Notes: a model not told the origin generated them from the sequence alone. DNA of 64,000 bases from the human T2T-CHM13v2.0 reference genome, Homo sapiens (GCF_009914755.1 NC_060930.1), one strand, 5' to 3'. Shown: positions 13,057-24,586, counted from the stretch's first letter. Numbers and translations: made by a program.

Positions 13057-13379
13057 GTGAGTGAGCCACGCGTCTCAGGCCGCGCCTCCCACGGGTGCAG
13101 AAGATCGACCAGGGCTCTCGGGACGCAGGGCCTGAGAGAGACATGCGAGACACCGGGTCCTGCCTCTCGCTTAACATCCCGCCTGCCGGTGGCCATAAAG
13201 GTGCCGACGCGGCGGATGTGTCCTCTGGAGCGATGGGCCACAGGCACCCAGCCGGGAGCGAGGCTGCTGAGAGCCCTGGGGTTACATTCCCAGCGGGCAC
13301 GAGGAACACTGGGTCGTGCACGTTTCCACTTTCTAGAAGGAGGTGGGTGATAACTGGATTCACTTCCTTTCCTCTCCAG

Positions 13380-13444
13380 ATGCCCGATGGCCCTGGAATG
13401 ACCGCAGCCTCAGGAAAGCTTTACCAATTCAGGCACCCAGTCAG
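13380..13444 (+). CDS. RIPPLY2: RIPPLY2 coding exon 3
   Basis: Polypyrimidine tract and ccag|ATG; encodes MPDGPGMTAASGKLYQFRHPV(R); donor AG|GTGAGT; 65 nt, cumulative 239 (phase 2). Confidence 0.97.
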
Positions 13445-14139
13445 GTGAGTGACAGGCCTCGCCGAAGGTCTCCCGCTCCTCCAGCCCCAGGGAGGAGCCA
13501 GGGGCATCGCGCAGCCCAGCTCCGCAGCTGGTCCTGCAGTCTCTCTCTCTCTCTCTGAAAATCTGGCTTCAAGGTTACTTATCTTCTCACTCATCAAATT
13601 GAAAAAGGTAGGGGCTCACGGTCCCACGTAAAGGGACTGTTGATGAATACATACTCAGTGAACTTGATGAATATATTACGAAGAGGGAAAGGGGATGATA
13701 TGGTAAGAGAGCGGTGACATCTTGTGCTGGCAAAACAGTTTTTATTTTTAAATCCTAAAGGGTTCGAATGAAATTGACTTCGCATCAGGCAGAGTGTGTA
13801 TGCTGCTTTTGTCTTGCAATCTGGAAGGAAGAATGGGATTAACAGTTACAGTCTTACAAGTTTGCCGAGTAGGAAAAAATAGAAATGTAATGAAAATCCT
13901 AAAGATTATTGAGAATGGTTATAGAAAGGGTCAAAAGTTTATTTAACTTGCGGAGCTAGTTTACTGTTCCTAGTCACAGGAAGTCAGCCTTTATCTAAGA
14001 TTCTGTGTCACTTTTATTCAGGTGAAATGTTAAGAATTCTGCAGTTTTCCTGCCTCCGAGAGCTGTTAAATGAAGAGCTGGATGATGTTTGTAAAGTGCC
14101 CCTGGTCATAAATAACACATAGAAGTCATTACATCTAAT

Positions 14140-15250
14140 TTCCTACCGTGTGCTAGCACTGGTGAAGGACACAGGAAAAAGTAGTCACAGCACATGGCAA
14201 GTGTTGTAATGGAATTTAGTTTGGTTAGTTTTACAAGTATGGGCAGGGCACGAAGTGCCTAAATCTGTCAGTGGTAGGGGGAAGGGTCAGGGAAGTGTAT
14301 ATTATAAGTTGTGGTTACCTGGCTGAGTCTTGGAAAAGTTAGTCAGATGAATGGGAAGTGGGAGCAAAAGAAATAGCATTGGAAAAGAGAAGCAGGATCA
14401 TGAAACGGTGTGGCTCCTTGCGGGAACTCCAAGGAGTTTAGGTGTGTGAAGTTGTGGTCATTTTAGCAGGGTAATCAGAGGCCAAATCTTGCACACTCTT
14501 GTACAGAGTTCTGTCCTGATCCTGTATGTAGTGTTGGGAACCCATGGGCTTTATTCCGAAGGTAGTCTTGGGGGTTATATGTTAAATAGGCTTAGTCAGG
14601 GCATCAAAAGTAAAACTGGAAGTTCTGCAATTTTTCAGGTAAGAAATAATGATGAACCATTGTAAGACAGTGGAAGTGAGGGTGAGACTGGGTGAATCTA
14701 GGAAATACTTGAATGACAAAATAGATTAGGCTTTATAACGTATTGGATATGTTAGGTGAAGAAGAGGTAAAAGGCCAGAATGGCTCCTAAGTTTGTGGCT
14801 GGTGAGCAGGTGAATGCTGTACTAAAAGAATGTAAATTAGGGCCGAAAACAGATTTGGGAGGTGAGATCATGAGTCAAGTTTTCCACTTATCATATTTAA
14901 TGTGCCTATGGGGCATCCAAAGAGTGATATCCTGTAGAGAACTGCGTACGTAAGTTAGGGGCCCAGAGTCAAGATCTTAAGTGGAAATACAGACTTGGGA
15001 GTCCATGGTAAATGTAGGGTGGGGAAATCATGACAGTGGGCCAGGTCATCCTAGTTTGTTTAGAGGGAGGGCTGATGTTCTCAATGAAAACCTGAGGGAA
15101 GGCCAGCATCTAACCAGTACACAGAGAAAGAGAGGTCCACAAGGAGACGGAGAAGAATCAGAACAGGAAGAAACTCAGAAAAGTATGCGGGCCCTGGGAG
15201 AAAAATGGCCCACAGTGAGAAATTCTGGACAGAGTATCATAATGACTAGC
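14140..15250 (-). mobile_element. L2 fragments in RIPPLY2 intron 3
   Basis: Purine-rich antisense L2 motifs (gtgcctatggggcatcca, agatttggga, acttgggagtc). Confidence 0.55.
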
Positions 15251-16524
15251 ATTCTTTGGGTTTGCCAGTTCCAGTTACGCATTAGGAAATAAATTGTTTC
15301 TTATATAAGAAATTCCTTTCTTTTCTGAAGTACGGTTACAATTTAATTGTTCTCTTATATTTTATTTTTATTCATTTATATCTTGACTAATATGGTGTGT
15401 TTTATTCTTTTTATTCAGCTGTCAACTTTTTGAGGGTAGGGACCATGATTTATTCATCTTTAAATTGTGAATTATGTTGGCACAAGGGATCACTAAAATA
15501 TTTATTGAACGACTGAATAATTGATAGTTACTTGTTTAAGCATCAAAAATATAAACTTTTTTTATGATTTTTGCTGGAAACATTTATAAACTGCATTGTT
15601 TGTTTTTCTGCCTTTTAAAGTGGAGCATACTGAACATAATGTAATCTTCCATTTGTTGGGATGACTCCATTGTATGGATATATGGGCTGTTTACCCTGCA
15701 CTAAAATGACTGCACTGTACTTGGTGATTCAGCCTTATCTCTCCTCTTTCTTTTCCTTGATGAAGACCAGAAGGCAAGATTAGTATTTGTCAGATTTTTG
15801 AAATTCTGAGGTAATAATACTTACATGCCAGTTATTTGTATAAAACATATATAATTTCTCAACATTTCATATGATATTCACAAATTTAGTTGAATGGGGA
15901 GAAGACAGGCACATAGAATCAAAGTTGAGGTCAGAAGTAGTCTTTCTATGCCTCAAGTTGTGAGTGCATAGACAAAAATTTTAAAATACTGGTTTTTATA
16001 CATTTTTAAACTTACGTTGTCTACTTCTATAAGAGTTAAATCTGTGAGTTTTAAATAAGATAATAGGTTATTTCCACCTTTTTGTAAGGTGCATAATATT
16101 TTGTCATCTTTATAAAGCTGGCTATCATTAAAGTTTTTAATGTAGTGGTAGAACTCAATTCATTTTTTCCAAAGGAATTTAGAAACTGGAAGACAAATCT
16201 TCTATATATTATAAGAATAAATATATCCATAATGTACAAAGTAAGGTAAACATTGATCTTATGCATATCCAGGGTTTAGTGTAAATTTGTTTGATCCAAT
16301 TTACAGCTTGAATAAAGATTTACAATAATCAAACAATTATTGATACTTGGGCAGGTAGATTCCATGAAGGCTGTGATAGTAGCATATTTTAACTCTGTAT
16401 CTTAAGGCTATATCCAAATGTATAAGTCAATTGTTAAATATATGGAGCTCTTGAAATTTGACCATTTCATGAGTTTAAAGATCCTGAATGTGAAAAAATA
16501 AAACATGTTGTCTGCTTCTTTCAG

Positions 16525-16672
16525 ACTATTTTGGCCAAAATCAAAATGTTATGATTACTTATATCAAGAAGCAGAAGCTCTTCTGAAAAATTTTCCAATT
16601 CAAGCCACAATTTCATTTTATGAAGATTCTGATAGCGAAGATGAAATTGAGGATCTGACCTGTGAAAATTAA
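16525..16672 (+). CDS. RIPPLY2: RIPPLY2 coding exon 4 (Ripply homology domain, FPIQ motif, acidic tail)
   Basis: Acceptor ttctttcag|A; encodes LFWPKSKCYDYLYQEAEALLKNFPIQATISFYEDSDSEDEIEDLTCEN then TAA; total CDS 387 nt = 128 aa plus stop. Confidence 0.97.
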
Positions 16673-16776
16673 TCTGATTAGCTACTTTTGATTATATCCA
16701 AAGCTTGTGGGGTTTAAATTTAGTGTACAAATGTATCATAATTATTTTAAACTAATTTATTTGTATATAAATTATT

Positions 16777-16782
16777 AATAAA
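16777..16782 (+). terminator. RIPPLY2 polyadenylation signal
   Basis: AATAAA 105 nt after the stop codon, followed by U/GU-rich sequence. Confidence 0.8.
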
Positions 16783-18134
16783 ATGAAATATTTTGTAATT
16801 ATTCTGGTATTTGGCCTTTTCTTTATCCCTACACTAGAATTGAATGTTGGAATCTAAAACAGGTGCCATCTACAAATGTCTTGATTGTATTATAAATATT
16901 TGGGGCTTACAAAGAATACATTTTTCTTTTCGTTAAATTGCACATTTATATTTAGTTATAATTTTGCAAAGAATGACAGTATTTAATTCTCAAGACTGAA
17001 TCTTTTAACATCTGCTATTTCCTACTGATGCCAGTTGGATGTTGTAGTTACATATCAATGTTATCTTATTAGATAATGAAGAAAATAGACTTATGTTAGA
17101 AATCACTCATTTATTAGTAAAGATTTCTTAGCAGATGGAGAAAAACACATTAAATCATTACCTGTAATTGAAAAAGGGAATCAATCTTAGGGCTTTTAAA
17201 TTATAGATATTTTAAATAAATGATGAGCAAAGTAACTCATATTTTAATACTCCTCTTCAGTCCTTAAATCCAGTAGTAAAATAGTATGGATGTTTAATAC
17301 TTAATGTACTACATTGAGGGATCCCTAGAATTAAAACAAAACGTTTAAATTTGAGTGATTGATATGGAGTCTAAAAAAGTGGAGTCTAAAGGCCAGAAGT
17401 TGATAGCATCTTCCATTTCTGTACAAAGGGGAGCTAAGAAATTTGGAAAGCATGGAACATTCTTCAACAATATTAACTTTTCCTTGCTCTGGTTCTCTGC
17501 TTTTGATATTCTTATGTAAAAGTTTTCTCACGAGAAGTGAAATAAATCTCAGTGATTAGTTTTTCTTGTGTAGACTCTAGAAGAATATGTCATCATTTAA
17601 TGAGAGAGAACACAGAAGCAATTTGCAAAGTCAAAGTAATACAGTTAATTATAGTCATGAGGTTCTTTTAGCTCAAATTCAGTCTTCTCATAATAAGCAT
17701 TTCAATTGCAAATAAAAATGGATAGAGGTGAATGTCATAGGTGGCTACCTTATTTGAATGCTTGTATTTGAATGGCCACATATAGTCACACACTTTTTCT
17801 TCTGATTCTGCAAACATAACCTTGATTTTTTAGGCACTTTAAGAACTAAGTAGTTAAACAGAGAAAGTTTAAAGCATGACAATATGTTCAGAGTTAGGAA
17901 AAATTAGTAATTAAAGGAGGATGGGGAGGATTATTTAGAACTATGTTTCTTCTCCTGAAAACTTTCTCCCTTATTGGATTCTACTCTCAAGATCTATGTG
18001 TTCCCCAAGGGACACACAAAACAATCAATCAAACAAACAAAAACCATCAGATTTTGAGCATTAGAGCCTGGTGTTTACCTGCACAGTGTTGGTCCTTTTC
18101 CCATTAATATGTTGGAATAGCACAAACAGCCACT

Positions 18135-18340
18135 GCCACTTATTCAGTACCTAATATTAATCAGGCACTGCAGTATGTAGTTTACACATGATCCTTTAAT
18201 CTTTAATAAACCCATTATGCAGATGGGGAAAATGAGACTTTGAGATACTAAAGTAACTTGCATAAGACAGCTCAGTCATTAAGTGCAGGGATGGCATGCA
18301 AACCAAATCTGACTTTTAAACGTTACTTCATCACCACAGC
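18135..18340 (-). mobile_element. MIR
   Basis: MIR core cccatt..gcagatggggaaaatgagact..gaga..taaagtaacttgc. Confidence 0.7.
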
Positions 18341-18819
18341 TGGAGGTGAGCTGCATCAGTACACAATTCCCAGTGAAGACAGGAAGTTACATAAGGAGGG
18401 AGAATTTGTGAGTGGGTGAATAGAGCAGAAGGTGACTTTACTAACGTCTTTCGCGCATTCATTAGCCCTCAGCATGCTTAAAGGTGAAGTTTAAGGATGA
18501 TTAAAGGTGAGGTTTTCTTCTTACCCCACAGTAGTGGCTGTTGACATTTGATATTTTTGCTCTTAAAGGTGTGAGATGCTCTTTGCATTACAGCCTAGTG
18601 CCTTACAGGAAAGAATTTCAGAGAAACTAAAATTCGTTTTAGTCCATATTTCAAGTAGTGTGTTTTAGTCCATATTTCAAGTAGTGTGATGGTACTGCTT
18701 AACAATGAACAGACATTGCTGTTCCGGGTTAACAGGACTAAGAATTTGTTCCCACATTCGGTCAGCACCAAGGCTAAGGAACAGCTTCACTCTCTAATCT
18801 TTCCACGAAATAGCTGTCA

Positions 18820-19200
18820 CCTTGCTCCGGTGCTGAAGTTCGGGATGCGGAACTAGCTGAGCATGCGTACTTCCTCCCTGCCGGCCCTCCCTCCGTCCCG
18901 TTGGCTCCGCCCTCCGCGGACGTGCTGCGTCAGAATGCGCCTCACCCCTGGCGACCCCGGAAGTGGGTCGGGGGCTTGGCCTCTGCCCGGCCACAGAGCC
19001 GGAGCTGGAGGTGCTGTCCCGTCTGGCGGCGATCCCCGGGCAGGGCCCGGGGCCGGGGTTTGAAGATGCTGAACGTCCCTTCCCAGTCTTTCCCGGCCCC
19101 CAGGTCGCAGCAGCGTGTCGCCTCCGGGGGGCGTAGCAAGGTAAGCGGGTGGCTCCGTGAGTCTCTCCCCTCGCTGCGTTTCGAGCTCTGGCAGTGTGTT
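18820..19200 (+). promoter_or_regulatory. CYB5R4 TATA-less CpG-island promoter
   Basis: CpG-rich; NRF1-like GAGCATGCG (~18859), GC box CTCCGCCC (18905), ETS/GABP CCGGAAGTG (18957-18965). Confidence 0.8.
19066..19140 (+). CDS. CYB5R4: Cytochrome b5 reductase 4 (NCB5OR), coding exon 1
   Basis: aagATG; encodes MLNVPSQSFPAPRSQQRVASGGRSK; donor AAG|GTAAGC; 75 nt, phase 0. Confidence 0.96.
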
Positions 19201-20707
19201 CTCTTCTTCCGCCCCAACTCCCAGCTCCTGCACCCCTCTCTAAGCTGTCGTTCCCTGCTGTCCTTGCCTGCAACCTCTTTCTGATCCCACTTTGTCTACA
19301 GTCCCTAAACTCTCCTTACCTCCTCCCTTTCCCCTAGCAGTCCCTCTTCTTTCTGGTCCTTTATCCCGCTCTATCCGTTCCCTTCCTCCAAGTCCTTTCC
19401 CGCGATTTAAATTTATATGACAGAGCCAGGCACTGTGTTTGCGGTATTATAGGCTCTCGGTATTAGCCGCCTTCCCTCAACCTCATCTTCTCCCTGGTCT
19501 TTTGTTCTTCACTGCCTGAAGGAGTTGTACCACATCACTCGATGTGGGTTCCCTCGCAGGAGGGAAAGGCTTGGCAGTGGCGACAGTGACCGTCCGTGCA
19601 AGGATGGGGACTTCTGGAGTTGGGGAGCTAGGTCAGGTTTACAGACACTATCCAAGACATACTGCCTTTCTTTCTTCCTCTGGTACCTGATTGTTTTGTC
19701 ATTGCCTTTTCTACTAGTATCACTTGCTAACTTCGAAGCAAATATAATAATACTCTTGAGTTCTTGTTGAGCACAGTTGCTGTTAGCAACAGGTGGAATA
19801 CTGTACAGATATATTTTATATTTGCAGAATTCAATAAAAATTGTGTTCTTTGTTCTTTTGCGAATGTTGTTTGTTCCTATTTGTTAGTTCCTCATTCTGT
19901 AACCATATCTTTATCTTTCGTTTGTGACACTTCCACTTAACTTGGGCCACTCGGTTAACTCTTGAGTCTTAGCATCGTTTGGAACCCTTATCGATTTTCT
20001 TATTTTTCTCCACTTAGACCTGGCGTTCTGATTCTAGTTCAGAATGAATATAGGTTCAGGGATCTGTGGTTTTCATTAGCTTTCCAGAGATTTCTTAAGT
20101 ACTTACGGGTGGCCGTGTATATTCTCAGTGCTTTGCATGTATTAACTTTAATTTTCACAATTATCCTTTGAAGTGAAAGCTTTTATTGTCTCTATTTCGC
20201 AGAAAAGGAAACTGGCTAAGAAATATTGCCCTAAATTGCGTAGGCTTGTGTTGTGGTTCTGCTGTGAAATTTCATTTACTGATTCATATATCAATCATCT
20301 AGCCATCCAATCATGTATATTTTTCTCATTGGTTTTTGACCTATTTCTTGAAGCTAAATACTTGACTGAATAACAGTCTTTCCAGAAAGAATCTCTGAAT
20401 TAGAATATGAGTTACTGCCCTTCTTCGTTAAAAATACCAACTGTGTTCTTAGCATCCATTTAAAGGAGAAAACTTAGAAGCAAAGACAAAAAGTCACACA
20501 GGGGGCGATGGCAAAGGTGAGTTTTTGGTCCAAAAAGAGAACAAAATAAGATTATTGTGCAATTCTAAGGAAAAGTCAGACTCCACTCTTCTTCCTCTTT
20601 TCTTTGTGAAACAAGATGATGCTGAGAATGTAAAAACTGAGTCAGGTTTGGATGAAATGGGTAGAGGTTGAGAAAATAGAACCAAGTTGGGAAGGTCGTG
20701 TATTATA

Positions 20708-21286
20708 CAAAAGGTTCTCAAATAGTGTTGTTTCATTCAACAGCATTTAGTTATAATATTGATGAGAAAAAAAATTCGTTTTGGCCAGGGCCACTGTCTT
20801 TGGAGTTTGCATGCTCTGTGTCTGCGTGGGTTTTCTCTGGGTACTCTGGTTTCCTGCTACAGCCCAAAGATATGCAAGTTAGGTTAATTGGTGTGTCTAA
20901 ATGGTCCCAGTCTGTGTGAATATTGGGTGTGTATGAGTGTGCCTTGCCATAGGATGGCATCCTGTCCAAGGTCGGTTCCTGCCTTGTGCCCTGAGCTACT
21001 GGGATAGGCTCTGACTACCTGTGACATTGAACTGGAATAGTTGGGTAAATAATTATCTTACTTGTTTTTTAATTAATCTTTCTTAAATGTATATATAGCT
21101 AACATTTCTTTCAGTGTTTAATATTAGAAGTATTTTGGTCTTTATTTAGAAGTCTGGTGATGTTTTTGTGACCAGAAATATGCTGCAGGAAATTTTGTTT
21201 GTCAATTAACCCACGGTAAAATTAGTTTCGTTGTACATAGTTTAGTTTCCAAGCACCTAGTGACTAGCTTAAGTGAAGGCTTATTG
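20708..21286 (+). mobile_element. MER6A (TcMar-Tigger)
   Basis: ttataatattgatgagaaaaaaaat...ggagtttgcatg..ctgcgtgggttttctctgggtactctggtttcct; flanked by TA. Confidence 0.8.
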
Positions 21287-21299
21287 TAATTTTTTAAAG

Positions 21300-21480
21300 G
21301 CACAGATTTTGAAGTGAGAAAGACCTAGATTCTTTCACCATATCTGCCAGTTAATCTCTTTGAGTCTGTTTCCTCAGATGTAAATGAGAATAACAGTACC
21401 CATTTTATAGCATTGTTCATAGGATTCAATGAGATAATGTTTCTCTTAGCACAGCCTTGGTAAGCACCCAGTAAATGCTA
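21300..21480 (+). mobile_element. MIR
   Basis: ctgtttcctcagatgtaaatgagaataacagtacc core. Confidence 0.7.
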
Positions 21481-22481
21481 CTTGTCCTGAGGCTTTTATT
21501 CAGATCTCACAGACTTGAGTGTGACACAGAATATGCACTCAACATATGATAGTTATTATTTCTATTAATACTGGTAAACAAATACTTATTGAGAACCTAC
21601 CATATGCTGGAGTTTTTGGTCTCTGATTTCAAGGTGTTTAGTCTCATAGGTTGCATGAAATAGTGAACATTCAGTTATAAAGTCATAAGTACTACAACAG
21701 GGTGGTATGACCACTAAGGAGTTGAGGATCAGAGAAGCCTTCCAGAGGAATTAATGGGAGTTGGAGTGAGGTTGATCCATGCAGGGAAAGCAACACTACT
21801 ATAAGCAAGTACTTGACAGCAATAAAGGAATCAAATAATCAGTTCCCATTTGGCTAAAGTATATAATGGAAAGGAGCAAAAGTTAGAACATGGAGCTAGT
21901 ACAGTCAACTGTGACCAGATTGTGAAGACCTGGTAAATCCCTAGGGAATTTAGAGACGTTGTTGTAAGGTGACCTGAGGAGCCACTGAAGGAGGGAGAGC
22001 CTGTGATTAGATTTGCATTTCTGAAAGATTGCTTTAACTATCCTGTGGATTATGGAATGGAGAGAGGTGAGTGATTTTAGTTTGGGATGGGAAAGGTCAT
22101 TTTCTCACACTTCATTTATTGGGATCAAGAGACCTAGAGTTTCAGTGATAGCCAGAATGGAATGATGTAGATTGATAGGATAGAATGTGAAAGGCACCAC
22201 AGACCTATTAACTTGGTTACTTTGGGAGTAAATGGATGTCTAAAATAGATATGATTCAGGAAAGTGAGATATGTAAACATCCTTGAATGTGTCTGCTTTT
22301 ACATTAAACATTCTTCTGTTACTACGTTACAAATTAGTCAGACAAGCTTAGTTCCATAGAGATATCTTGAAAATGTTCTGGTCAAAGTACTAATAATACT
22401 TCTCGTCTGAAAACTTTGAAAATGTGTTTTATAAAACAAAACAAAATAAAAACCCAAACCATCCTGTTACTAAGTTCCCTA

Positions 22482-22642
22482 GGCAAGGGTTGGCAGTTTT
22501 TTTTCTGCAAAGGGCCAGGTGGTGTTTTCGGCTTTGAGAGCCTCATAAGGTTTCAGGCTCTTTACCACCACATGTGAAGACGATTCTTTGCTCAAGGGCT
22601 GTATAGAAACAGGTACAGGCCATAGTTTGCCACCCCTTCCCT
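22482..22642. mobile_element. MER58A-like hAT element
   Basis: caagggttggca...ctgcaaagggccag...ggccatagtttgccacccct inverted ends. Confidence 0.65.
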
Positions 22643-22921
22643 ACAGTGTTACAAGTTTTATTTTCCATTATTTGATAAACTTTGTTACTCAATGGATTCT
22701 TAGATAAGATTGCTATCTAATGATTTCTAATAGTCTGTTTATCTTGACAGTCCAGAAAATCAACTATAGTTAATTGTCTCTTTACCTTTTCTTCTGTCAA
22801 ATCTCTTTGATTTTTAAGGTGAAGAAATTTTGGTCCAAACTGGTTAACTGTAACATATTAATGTCAGAGCCAGGACCAGAACCTCTTTTCTAGTTTCTGG
22901 TTCAATACCATTCCTGTTATA

Positions 22922-23252
22922 TGGTCAGCCCTGTGTAGCCCTGGGTTCCGCGTCCAAGGATTCAACCAACTTTAGATCAAAAATATTTGGGGAAAAAAAT
23001 TAAAAATAACAATACAACAATAAAAAAATAAGAATTATAAAACAATGCAATACAACAACCATTTACATAGCATTTACATTGCTTTAGGTATTATTAGTAA
23101 TCTAGAGATTATTTAAAGTATATGTGAGAATGTTCATAGGTTATATGTCAGTACTTTGCCATTTTATATGAGACACTTGAGCATCCTGGATTTTGGTATA
23201 GGGTAGGGGGAAGTCCTAGGACCAGTCCCCCAGGAATACTGATAGACTACTG
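22922..23252. mobile_element. Tigger3a/MER7A-like element
   Basis: ggattcaaccaac...catttacatagcatttacattg..ttagg...aatctagagat. Confidence 0.75.
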
Positions 23253-23457
23253 TACTGTGACATCAATATGGTGAAAATTTGTGTGGTAGAATTTCTAAGC
23301 CCTACCTTTTATAATTCAAATACAGCATAAACAATGTTGACAGCCTCTTAAAACTGTAAAAGGATTTATAGAAGTGTTAGATTTGAGTTTTATTATCTTT
23401 TAAAATGGAATTAAAAGTAATGAAGCTAGATTTAATTCTTCCTTTTTCCATTTTTAG

Positions 23458-23611
23458 GTACCTTTAAAACAGGGCAGAAGCCTTATGGATTGGATTCGAC
23501 TGACCAAAAGTGGAAAGGATCTAACGGGATTAAAAGGCAGGTTAATTGAAGTAACTGAAGAAGAACTTAAGAAACACAACAAAAAAGATGATTGTTGGAT
23601 ATGCATAAGAG
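23458..23611 (+). CDS. CYB5R4: CYB5R4 coding exon 2
   Basis: Acceptor tttttag|G; encodes VPLKQGRSLMDWIRLTKSGKDLTGLKGRLIEVTEEELKKHNKKDDCWICIR(G), the start of the cytochrome b5 fold; donor G|GTAGGT; 154 nt, phase 1. Confidence 0.97.
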
Positions 23612-24586
23612 GTAGGTGGTATTTATTAAGTCCTTCAAAAAATGTTGCCTGAACTTTCCAATTATGATGTTACATAACCTCACAGTCATGTTATTTTAAA
23701 CAATTGACAATTTAACAAAAATATGCCTTGTGCTTGACAATAACTTATATAATTCTGACTTTGGATAGTATTTCTTCCTTAGGTAACCATTATATTCTGA
23801 TGCAGAAAACAGTGAACTTCTGATACGAAAAAGTTTTTCTTGCTTCCTTGTACTGCATTTCCTTTGAAAGGAAACAAGCATTTGCCAGGCAATATAGTAC
23901 AAAATTATTTGGTAAAATCCAGTTTATATAGCAATAACTTTCTGTCTCAGAGCCTTATAACAGAATTCTGTTGGAAAAAAAAAATCTCTGAGAATCTAAA
24001 GTAAACCTGAAAGTCCTGCATTAAAGCCAAATCTTCAGTTTTCACTTGCAGCAATTTTCATTACATGGTATATGTTTCTTAGCAATATTAGTTACTTGAT
24101 TTTGTTTAGCTCAGAGTGCATTAGAAACTCCAAATTAAATATAAATGTATTGGAGGAGGTGAGCAGGCAGACAAGAAGGTAGCTGATAAAAGCTGACTTT
24201 GTGGTAGCCAACAACCTGATATCTAGTAGGGGAACAAAAATAAAAATGAAAGGCATCCAACTATACCATGAGGCTCCATGCATGGTTAACTGTGTTTACC
24301 ATCTGTTTAGAGAGGAAGGGAAATATATCATTTTTGTTCTTAATGCAATTGTAATTTTATCATTGTATAATTTTGGTTTGTTGTCAGTTATCCTGACTGC
24401 ACTATAACCTATATGAGGGCAGGGACATTGTTGGTCTTACTGCTCTGTCCTGAGTGGCTGGCACATAGAGGCCATTGACTTGTATTTGTTCAATGAGTGT
24501 AACACTTACTTTTAAGAAGTATGGTCACTTAAAGAGGTATCTGGTGGTTTTCACAGTGGATTGGTGATATCAACACCAATAAATGC

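Larger units (their letters stand above)
12390..13530. promoter_or_regulatory. RIPPLY2 CpG island / promoter
   Basis: GC- and CpG-dense block over exons 1-3 against an AT-rich background; boundaries approximate. Confidence 0.85.

Noticed and set aside
12315-13631. Many long overlapping ORFs on both strands (up to 249 aa)
   Set aside because: Expected from stop-codon scarcity in a CpG island; only the spliced RIPPLY2 frame has recognisable motifs
18636-18688. Repeat beginning GTTTTAG resembling a CRISPR direct repeat
   Set aside because: Only two adjacent copies with no spacer, in mammalian DNA with no cas genes
18794-19273. Antisense ORFs (159, 126, 91 aa) over the CYB5R4 promoter
   Set aside because: GC-rich low-complexity translations, mostly with non-ATG starts; divergent transcription is possible but not shown by sequence
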